Of a stretch of DNA of 64,000 bases, positions 1 through 11,200 are shown piece after piece. Position numbers and translations under genes: made by a program. The notes beneath the pieces were generated by a model that saw nothing but the letters and a program-made list of their open reading frames with translations, was not told the DNA's origin and made no database searches. Origin of the DNA: Cycas panzhihuaensis (lineage: Eukaryota > Plantae > Cycadophyta); assembly GCA_023213395.1 (NCBI GenBank), contig CM041465.1, forward strand, positions 191,215,741-191,279,740. The letters run 5' to 3'. Numbering within the stretch: the stretch's first letter is position 1; every line of letters starts with the position of its first letter.

Positions 1-1012
1 CATTTTCCCAATGGAGGATTCTTCCTTAGATTTTCAGGCTATGTCCTTGTTGTGTATATCATTTGGGTATTTGAGTTATTTCTTCCCCGTTCTCTTCCTC
101 TAGCATTGGTGCTTCTGGTGTTGAAATAGCATTCCTGAGTGTTACGTGTTCCTTGGTCACAAATATGACAACAAGTGTTCTGCTTATGAATTCGAGCATT
201 GCATTCATATTCTTTTGTCGTGTGAGTGTCCTCACAGATATGGCACCATTTTTCTATTGGGGCTTCCTTACAACGATGTTTACCAGAGTCTTCCCCAAAG
301 TTGTCTCGATATCTGTGCTCTTGTAATTTCAAACTGGCCACTTCCTTCCTAAGGGCTTTAATTTCTATATTTTCATTTGTTTTGCCCGTTTGAAATAAGG
401 GCCTATTGACATTTTGTGTCTCCAACTCATTTATCTCCTCTTGCAATCTCATGACCAAAGGGTCATAGGCTATCCTCTTAGTGTCAATTTCTTTTTCGAA
501 ATCAAAGGCTAACTCTTGCGCATGTTTGTATGATTTTAGGGGGTGTGATGCCATTGCATTCCTCAATTTGGTGTTCAACCCATTTACAAAGAAGGTATGC
601 ATACTTAGGTCTATGACCTTCTCTCCTTTTGTCATGGCAGAGGAAATCATGTCTATTCTGTTGATATATGTCATTACAGATTCTCTAGGTTTCTATTGGA
701 TCTCCCTTAGGGTTAACTCTCTAATATCATTATTGCAATATTTCAAAAACCTTTCTTCATATTCCTTTTTAATCTCACTCCATGATTTGTGTGGGTACCA
801 AGCTAACAGCACGCCCCTCAATGAATAAGCAAATCTCTCCTTAATTTCAGTTTCATCCGTGATCTTTTTGAGATTGATTAACCTATGGAATAGATAGATG
901 TGTTCTGTGACATCAATAGAATCGTCAAAAATGAGTTTCCCAAACTCCTTATGGTGTGCCATCGTTGAGTTGTTCCTCCTCTCTTCCCTTCGAGGTGGGC
1001 TTGTTTCCTTAC
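1..1012 (-). mobile_element. Ty3/gypsy element Z, gag continuation (runs off left edge), interrupted by element A
   Basis: ORFs 693-1064 and 39-674 are homologous to A gag (FGKLIF..D..EH.YLF, HPLKS, WCHIC knuckles). Confidence 0.85.
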
Positions 1013-1848
1013 TGTTGGAGCATAATGTGACACGATGGGCTATGGGCAACCAGAGAGGAGCCAACTTTCCTTGGACTGTGCAGGTACGGACCGTACAGAA
1101 GTACGTATGCAGTGAAAAATGGAGAATCCAGCATTTTGGGTACGTATGACAGGTGCGTACCTAGTAAGGTACGCAACACAGATACGTACCTCCGGGCAGA
1201 ACGCAAGCGAACAAGATCGGTACGCATGGAAAGACTGGACAAAAGGGAGCCTAGAGTGACGTCAAGCGTACGTACAGACATACGAACGAGTTAAGACAAC
1301 GATTGAGGAATCTAACCAATGGTTAGGAAGAGGTATGCATGATGGAAAAGGTACGGTTATGACAGATAGTCATAACCCTTCAGCGAAAAGACACCAAGCA
1401 GCGTATTTATGTGACTTCCTAAGGGCCATTCGGTTAGGGTGAGAGCCAAGTATACCGGTACATATTGGTACGGAGACCGACGCATGGAAGCGACCTAAAG
1501 CCGTGTATTTTGATGGGTACCTCCACAGTACGCATGTGATGATTCATTGTATAAAATTTGGAATGCACAAGGAATGTATTCCAGCACCTTGTGTAAAAGA
1601 AATATTGCTTAATGAAATAAGAAGTTACGTAGAAACTGTGTATTCTTTGTGTTGCAAGGACTGAATGTGGAATATGTGTTGATTTCTGTACTGTTGTGTG
1701 CTATTGTGATATAAGTATGTGGAAACATTAATAATCTGTGGAATATATGTGGATAATGATGTTGACTGTGTCCTAAGCTAGACTATAACCCGTGTAACCT
1801 TGACAAGTGTACCTTTCCCATAAGTGCAATGGGAAATCTAAATCAACG
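1013..1848 (+). repeat. 5' LTR of A
   Basis: TGTTGG...TCAACG (terminal CA>CG). Direct repeat of 16336-17171, roughly 90% identical by eye. Confidence 0.95.
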
Positions 1849-1849
1849 T

Positions 1850-1862
1850 TGGTTCCGTTGCC
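1850..1862 (+). promoter_or_regulatory. Primer-binding site TGGTTCCGTTGCC, probably complementary to tRNA-Glu
   Basis: Lies directly after the 5' LTR. The reverse complement GGCAACGGAACCA fits the plant tRNA-Glu acceptor end as I recall it. Confidence 0.75.
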
Positions 1863-1988
1863 TACGTCCATTGAGAAGGGACAGCGCCCAGGAGTCTCAA
1901 AAAGAGGAATGTGTAAAAAGCAGAGGACCCTGGCTGTCGTCGTGATGGCAGGCTGTAACTAAGCCTCCGATAGCCAGGGGACCTTCCA

Positions 1989-4127
1989 ATGCCACCTAAG
2001 AGGCCTTCAAAGGCGGAAGAGCCACAAAAGAATACTTCACCCAAAGGAAAGGAAACAAGCAGACAAAGGGCATTACGATGGTCGAAGGAATCAAAACTGA
2101 GAAGGCCAAGGAGATTAAGTTCGCAAAACAACGAGACTAAGGGACAGTCCGTTGAAGAATCTGAGGCAAGTGGAGCCCAGACACCTCAAGAACAAGGAGA
2201 GGTAACTAATGGCAAACATACGGTATTAACACCAGCCCCAATCAAGGATGACCTATTTAGCCCAGAATATGAAGAAAAACCAAAGGTGGATGAGGAGCAT
2301 AAAGAAACTTTAAAAGAGGGAAGTATACCTGTGGAGGACAGTCCGAAGGACCTAAGTGACAGCGAAAAGAAGGCAGAGGAAGGTCCCTCGGCATATTGGG
2401 AAAATAAGCTCACAAGACAGCTTTTTGAGGATTCATCAGACAGGGGATCTAATCAATCATATATAACAATGACACCATTAACAATACAAGTACCAGGTGT
2501 AGTACAACCTATATATATTAAAACCCCATTTAAGAATTCGTTATTTGGGAAGGATAATACTGCAGTAGGCACTCCAAGTACATCCCCAAAGGAGGAGAAA
2601 AGGGAAGAATCACCACCAGGTGGGACACCATTACAATCTCCCAAGATGGATGATTACAGAGACTTTGGAAAATTGATTTTCAACGACACTTCAGATACAG
2701 CCGAACACGTATACCTCTTTCAGAATCTGATTGACGTGAAAAAGATTACAGACGAGGATGAGATAAAAGCCAGATTCGCAGACATCGAGGGAATCTGGTT
2801 GGCATGGTACAAAGAAGTAAACAAGAATGACTCATGGGCGAAAATCAAGAAATCCTTCGAAGAAAGATTCCAAAAATTCCGTAGCAACAAAGCTGTGGAA
2901 ATTGCCCTAAGGGAGATCAAACAAAGGCCAGGAGAATCAGTGTTAACTTATATCAGTAGAATGAAAATCATTGCGGCCAGTATGATCAATGAAACGGTAA
3001 CTGATCACAATATGAAGATTTATTTTGTTAGGGGATTGAATGAAAAACTGAGAGCCATGATGCATGCCCATCCGTTAAAATCATTTAAAAATGCTCAAGA
3101 TTTAGCATTGGACTTTGAAATGGAGATGGATGCACAGGCAGGAGGACATGACTCCCTCCTATTAAGATTGCAAGAGAAAATCAAGGAACTCAAGCAAAAC
3201 TAGTATAATCGACCCTTCTACCAGGTGGGAGTAGCAGAAGAGGAATCGGAACTGGAAGCCCTAAGAAAGGAAGTGGCGAGATTAAAAATAAGAAATAGCA
3301 GAGAAGAAGAATCGACAAAGAAAAAAGACCATGCACGCAGAGTGACCAAATGGTGCCATATCTGTGAGGAAAATTCACATACGACTAAAGAATGTGAACT
3401 TAATCCAAAGAATAGCACGTTGCACCAAAGGGACAAATGGTGCCACATATGCAATGTAGATACGCATATGACTAAAGATTGCTTCTATAATCCCAGAGAG
3501 AAAGCCTACAGAGGACGAGGTAAGGGAAGGGGAGGCAACCCACCTCGGAATGTTTACACAACGACGGGTACACAGGAGCCCTCGAGAAAGAAACAACCAA
3601 TGGGAAGATGCCTCATTTGTTTACAATTTGGGCACTGGACGTCTGAATGCCCAACTAAACGAGAATACGAACAGAAACCATTCGTATGCAGCAACTGCGG
3701 CCCAAGTGAACATAAGACAGAGGATTGTAAAGGGAAGGCCAAAGCCACTAACCCAATGACGATTATACCGGAAAGTAAAAATGTGAAACTCCAAAATAAA
3801 CAGAAGGAGAAACAAAACAAAGAATACCTGGATCCACAAACAGAAATAAATTGATTTAAACAAGCAAAACAAGTGTTGGATGGCTTAGCTCAAGAAGAAA
3901 ATGCATTACCAATGGGGAAACCAGAAACCAAATATGTATACGTACGGAAAAATAAGCAAAAAGAAAAAGAAAACATACCAGAAGAACCAAAGGTGCAGCC
4001 TCAAATGATGCAGATGGAAGAATTATTCAAAGGATTACCAGCGGAAGATATTCCGAGAATGCTGTTGTTGATGGAGAATTTGGTAAAACAACTACAATTA
4101 ACTATTCCCCCTATGCCAAGTAATTGA
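1989..4127 (+). pseudogene. gag of A (capsid-like domain, four CX2CX4HX4C knuckles), in-frame stops
   Basis: ORFs 1989-3203, 3225-3854 and 3873-4127 share one frame. Confidence 0.85.
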
Positions 4128-4182
4128 TTGGATTAAAGAAGGAATATTACAACACGGAATTACAAAAAATTTAAAGAAAGTA

Positions 4183-7100
4183 ATGCCATCATTCGACATG
4201 GATCCTATGATGACAATGATGGTACTGGGAGAAACATTCCCAAAAGTAATTGTCGACAGAGGCGCAGCCGTCAACGTATTACCTGCTTCAACATGGCGAA
4301 AACTAGGAAGCCCAAAATTGGAGGCAGCAACATATTCGTTGAAGTTGGCCAACGAATTATTAGTGCGACCTGTGGGAAGGTTAGCTGACATCAAGGTGGA
4401 TGTGGCAGGCATTATCGTAAAGATTGACTTTACCATCGTAGAAACAAAAAAAGGGGCAATACCCTATCTAGCATTATTGGGGAGGCCTTGGCTATACAAG
4501 ACCCAGTGCCTCCAAAATTGGAAGAATGTGACTTTCACCTTGTCAGATAATGGGAACAAAGTAGTATTACCAATGCTGGGAAGAAGTTCCATTGAAATGA
4601 TACCAGACGAGGGATCTAGTACGATTGTCGTAAGTGAAACAACGGCCTCTCCCCTCAATGAAGGAAACCTCTGTCATACTTCTGAAGAGCCCACGAAATC
4701 GATCAATTACCAGGAGGAAGAACCGACTTATTTTGGAGAAATATACAACTCTTCAGACGACGAAAACGGAATGAGATTTGTGAACTATTGGCTGCAGAAT
4801 GCCTATGAAGTAAACTCCTCCTCTTATAGATGTAATTTATTGTCTAAATGTGTAACTAAAGACATTAATGATAATTTAGATTCCTTTGAATATATAATGA
4901 CTAATGATAGTTTAAGGGATAATAGCCAACTAGACCAAAAACCCCCTAGCATACCTAGTATTTTTCATAGTTTTATAGTAGCTAATAGTAACCCTGACCT
5001 TCCTTCTACATCAGGCATGGGTCCTGAGGTAGATTCCCTATCCCCCCATTTATTACAACCCGGGGAACGAAGTAGCATTCCTTCCTCCTCTTCCTTAGAA
5101 GTATACCCACCCAGCAACCGGTCCTTTCCAACGACTGGCGCCAAAACCAGGGAAATGGAAGGAGAATCGCTGGTAAATACTTTTAGAGACTCTGGTCTAG
5201 GCAGTAGAGTAATTATCCCAGAAGAAATAAATCGCAAAATTTACATTGAGAATCATGTTAAGCCATTCTACGGAGAACAGTTATATGGGACTACCCACCT
5301 AACTCACTGTATTGAATACTAGATAGAACACGGGAATTGGGATAAAAACCAATGGCAACAAGATCTAGTATTGACCTTACGGGGAACGACTTGGTGTTGG
5401 TACCTAGCCCACCAAACCATTCTTAAAAATTGGAAAGAGTTACAGACGATGTTTCGAATTCGATTCGACCATCCAAAACATTTAGACACCCCATTATCCT
5501 ATGTAGGTCAAAACCCTAGTGAGCATATACAAAAATGTAAACAAAAGTGGATATCCTTAAGCATACCCAAACAAAGTTGGCCTAACTACTTCTACCATAC
5601 CCTGGGAAGGGTAGCAAAGGATTGGTTCCTCAGAAAGGAACAAAGTCTAGATGTGACTTAGGGAAACTTGAAGAAATCCTTTATAAAAACCTTTATGCAT
5701 ACATCAGAAAACAAGAATATTAGAAGAATGAGTATAAAACTAGAACAAAAACTGACAAATAATAAGGAAAAAGAATCAGTATATGGCGAGGAAGAAGAAA
5801 CTATGAATTATCCTGCAGAATTCACAGAACTTAATATTGGAGAAAGAAAATTAGAGGATACTCCGGGGCACAAAACCGGAAAAAAGGAAGATGTTGGAGT
5901 AACCAAGTTAAAAACTACTGAGATCAATGTCGGCAGCAAAGACGATCCCAAACTAATACGAATCAGAAATTATTGGGATACTCAAACAGTAGCGGAAGCT
6001 CAACAGTTGTTTGAGGAATTCCGGGATGTATTTGCATGGTCATACAAGGACCTAAAAGGCATTCTCCGAAAATAGGAATGCATCATATTGACTTGGTGGA
6101 AGACGCAAAACCCGTGAAGCAGAGACCATACCAAATGAATCCCAAGTATAAGGAAAAGGTGAAAGCAGAATTAGACAAAATGTTGGAAGCGGGATACATT
6201 TACGAGATTGACTACAGTGATTGGGTGAGCCACAGGTGGTAGTTCCCAAAAGAATGGGAAAATACGTATGCGTGTGGATTACGGACAATTAAACAAGGTA
6301 ACGAAGAAGGATCCCATTCCGTTACCTTTACGAGACATTCGAAGGCGGTGGGAGGAAATGAAATATACTCCTTCACCGACGGATTTAGTGGGTACAATCA
6401 AGTGCAGATTGCCCCTGAAGATCAAGCGAAGACCACATTCGTGACAGAATGGGGAACTTATGCTTATAAAGTGATGTCATTCGGTCTTACGAATGCACCG
6501 ACTACATTCCAGAGAATCGTGATCAACATATTTCGAAAATTCATTGGGGAAAAAGTGGTTGTGTTCTTAGACGATTGGACACTATATGGATTAATGAAAG
6601 ATAACATGGAAAACTTAAGGGAAATGTTACAAACATGTCGTGAAAACAAGTTGTGTTTAAACCTGAAAAAATGTACCTTCCTGGTACCCTTTGGAAACCT
6701 ATTGGGGCACATCGTCAGCAAAGAAGGATTGCTGACAAACCCAGCCAAGGTATCTGCGATTTTACATTTCCCTATGTCACTTACAAGGAGACAACTGAAA
6801 GGTTTCTTGGGGTTGATGAGATATTACAAAAAGTTCATCAGGGGATATGCATACATATCAGGACCCCTGGAAGAATTGCTGAAGAAGAACATTGAATGGG
6901 AATGGACGGAGGAGCAGCAGCAAGCATTCGAAGCTTTAAAACAAGCTATTATATCAGCACCCATACTACGATTCCTGGATTGGAAGAAACCCTTCCATGT
7001 ACATGTGGATGTTTCACAATACGTTATTAGATGCGTATTGGCGCAACCTAGTGACGACAAGACAGATCACCCGATATATTTCGCCAGTCAGAAACTTACA

Positions 7101-8260
7101 AAGGCCGAGCAAAACTATACTACGACAGAAAGAGAAGCACTTGGCATGGTATATGCGCTGCAAAAATTTCGACACTATTTACTAACAAATTCATTCTTGT
7201 TTTTTGTGGACCACCAAGCATTGATGTATTTGGTAAACAAACCAATCATGAGAGGGCAAATCAGCAAATGGTTAATGTTGTTCCAAGAATTTTCTTTTAA
7301 AATCATTGTGAAACCTGGGAAAGCCCATATTATTCTGATCGCTTGTCCAGAATCTCAAACGGGGAAAAAGCCACGGGAATACTAGACGACTTTCCAGACG
7401 CAGCATTATTCAGCGTGGAGGCAGTTCCAACTAACTGGTATGAGGGAATACCAGAATACTTAGCAACTGGAGAAGTGTTGGCAGAATTGGATCGTACGGA
7501 AAGGCAGAATTTCATCAGGAAAGCATAACCATATCAACTAATAAATAGGGAATTGTACAAATTGGCACCAGATGAAGTGTTACTACGATGCATTCGACCA
7601 TACGAAATCAACCAGATTATGTCGCAAGCACATGAAGGAGTAGTAGGTGGACACATGGGCAAATTAGCTACATGGCAGAAAATTTTGATGTCCGGATTTT
7701 GGTGGCCATCCATGTTCGAAGACGTCAGGAAGTGGATCCAAGCCTGCAACTATTGCCAGCGAGTTGGGAAACCTAATCGACAGGATTTCCAACCCCTACA
7801 TCCCATTTTACCTCTAGCACTATTCAAGAAATGGGGACTCGACTTCGTGGGGCCAACTAAACTGGCCGGCCGTCGATATAAAGCCCAATATATTTTGGTG
7901 GCAACAGACTATATGACAAAGTGGGTAGAAGCAAGAGCCTTACGGAAAACCAATGCAGAAAGTACAACCCGATTTCTGTACGAGGTAGTTATTGCGCGGT
8001 TTGGATGCCCCTTGGAAATTGTGAGCGACTAAGGTGCCCATTTTTTGAATCAAACTATAGAGACATTGACATCAGCTTTCATGATAAGTCATCGGAAATC
8101 TACTCCATATTATCCAAGAGCAAATGGCCAAGCAGAAAGTTCAAATAAAATAATCGAGAGCTGCTTAAAGAAGATATGCGACGTCGACAGGTCCGATTGG
8201 GCTGAGAAATTGCCATCCATGTTATGGGCATTCAGAACAACCTATAAAAGATCAACTGGA
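4183..8260 (+). pseudogene. pol of A: aspartic protease, spacer, RT, RNase H, integrase N-part
   Basis: VIVDRGAAVNV (protease); DGFSGYNQ and VFLDDW (RT); REALGMVYALQKFRHYL (RNase H); H..GH..C..C, WGLDF, IVSD, ANGQAESSN (integrase). Confidence 0.92.
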
Positions 8261-11200
8261 TGTGAAAAATGGGCATTAGGCCACATTAGTCCCAAGATCA
8301 TAAGTACAAGCACAATACTGCAAATGCATGAAAGCATGAAACATAAAGAACACAAAGTGAAATAGGAGCAAGATCAAGATACCAGAAATGGGGGGTTGGA
8401 ATTAGTCCAACCACCAAAGAATGCTTCAGCTTGATTAGCAAACTGACAGAATAACAATGAGCTCCTCCTCCTTAGATGAGCAACAATGAAGAGAGGCCTC
8501 TTTAAATAGAAGAAGATGAGAGGCCAAAGGCTATTGCATGATTGACAAGTGTCAATCATGCAATGCATGCTTGCATGTAGGACAAGTGTCCATTGGGAGC
8601 TCATGTGAGCAAAGTGCAAAGGGGTCATTTGACCCTTAAGTTACAACGTTATGTCACTAGACATAAAGTGGGTGTGTACTTTATCACTTAAGTGATAAAG
8701 TTACACCTAAAGTACAAAAGTGCAAAAGTGCACACATAATACAAGAATAGAAAATACATTAGCTTAACATTATAAACATAAGGTAAACCATGAGGTTTAA
8801 CACCCCCTCATCGCTTATAATGTTGAGTCGAACTCAAGACCATCTCTAAATTTTACAAATTTGTCTCTACCAAGTGGCTTGGTAAAGATATCTGTCTGCC
8901 GCCTCCGTTGGTCGATATTGAAGAGTGATCTCACCACCGTGTACATGCTCCACGATGAAATGGTGGTGAACTTCAATATGCTTGGTGCGTGCGTGGAAGA
9001 CCGGATTCTTAGTTAGCTTGAGGACACTCGATTGTCACAATGAATGCCGGGTCGATCACGCCTGAAATCCAAGCTCACCAAGAATCCGTCGAAGCGGATA
9101 GCCTCACAAGTCATACCGATCGCAACTTTATATTCTCGCTGGAGGACAAGGTAACATTTGGTTGGCTTCTTGCAACTCCATGAAACAGCTGCTGAACCAA
9201 GGGTAAAACAGTAACCCGAGGTAGATTTCCTGCTATCGTGGCATCCTGCCCAATCAGAATCAGAAAACCCCTCCAAAGTGAAGCTCTCCTTATGTACATA
9301 CTCAAGTCCAAGCTGCAATGTTCCTTTGATATACTTGAGTATGCGTTTCTTTGCTTAATGCTTGATTGGGTTGAGACATGAAGCGAGAGCAAATCCCAGC
9401 TGCAAATGAAATGTCCGGGACGAGTGTTGGTGAGATATATCAAGCTACCAATCAACCGTCGATAAAGAGTGGAATCTGGGTTCGACTTCCTCATTAAGAG
9501 AAAGCTTGGTCTTAGTTCTCCATGGGTGTAGGCGCCTTGCGATCGTGCATCCCGAATCTGCAAGATATCCCAAGAATATTTTGCTTGGGAAATAAAGATA
9601 TAGCCCATTTGTTGCCATACCTCAAAGCCTAGAAAGTAATGGAGAAGTCCAAGATCACCATCTCAAAACTTCTCTTCAAATCATCCTGGAGAACATTGAT
9701 GAGCTTAGTGTCATCACCCGTGATCACTAAGTCATCTACATACAAGGCAATATAAATGACATGGTGATGTTCATGTTTGATGTACAAGTTTGGATCAGAT
9801 GTGGATCGATGAAACCATGTCTCAAAAAGTATTCATCGATTTTTGCGTACCATGCCCTAGGAGCTTGCTTCAAGCCATACAAAGCCTTCTTGAGGCGACA
9901 TACCAAATGCTCCTTGCCTTGTTCCTTGTAACCAGGAGGTTGCTCCAAGTATACCTCCTCTTGAAGATCGTTGTTGAGGAAGGCGCTCTTCACGTCCATC
10001 TGATATACGGGCCATTTGCATTGTGCAGCTAAGGCCAAGAGAAGTCTGATGGTGTTCATGTTTGCTACAGTGCAAAGGTCTCCTCGTAATCAATTCCTTC
10101 CTTTTGTTTGAACCCCTTTGCTACAAGTCTTGCTTTCTGTCGCTTGAGTGTCCCATCAGAATGGAATTTGGTCTTGTAGACCCATTTACAACTGATTGCC
10201 TGTTTGTGTGGAGGCAATTCGACCAAGTCCCAAGTACCATTCTTGTGAATGGATTGAATCTCCTCATCCATGGCAGCTTTCCAACTATCACTTTGTGAAG
10301 CCTCCGCAAAGGTAGTAGGCTCATCAATAGAAAGCACTTCAGCCATAAGTGCAAAGTTTGTTTCTTCGATACTTTGATGGACGTTTCCTTCAATGATATG
10401 ACCATCCTGTACCGTGTGAGTCTACCACTTAGGTAACTTCTGAAATGATGTGGCATGAACCTCAATATCTTCGGTCTAAGTGCGGAGTAATGAAGATGAA
10501 GTGGAAGGTTCAAGTGGAGCGATGAAGATGAAGTAGATGGTACAAGAGGTGCGAGATGAAGAACATGGTGTATAAGATTGAGGGAAGGGAAGTCCTCAAC
10601 AATCTTTTCCCTTTGTCATTGGGGGTTGGATTGATGCCATATCCAACTCTTTTGATCATCCTCAACAAAGATTACATCTCTTGAGAGATGCATTTTTCTC
10701 CCAATGGATCATACAACTTGTAGGCTTTGCTATGGATTGCATATCCTACAAAAATGCATTTGAGGCTATGTTTGTCGAACTTTGTTCTTTGTTGATCTGG
10801 TATGTGCATATATGCGAGACAATTCAATGTCCTCAAATGGCTGATAGTTGGCTTCTTACCAGACCATGCCTCCTCAGGTGTGATATCGGTGACTGTTGTT
10901 GTAGGACTTCGATTGGCCACATAGGCTACTGTATGAAATGCTTCTGCCCAGCAAGCTCTTGGAAGCCCTTTTGCATGCATCATTGTTTTGGCTTTATTAG
11001 CCAAAGTTCTATTCATCCTCTCAGAGACTCCATTTTGCTGAGGAGTATGAGGAGTTGTGAGTTGTCTCCGAATTCCATTATCCTTGCAAAATTGGTTGAA
11101 TTCATTTGAAGTGAATTCACCTCCATTATCTGACCTTAATGTGCCAATTGAGTAGCCAGATTCATTTTCTACTTCCGCCTTGAACTCTTTGAACTTGGAG

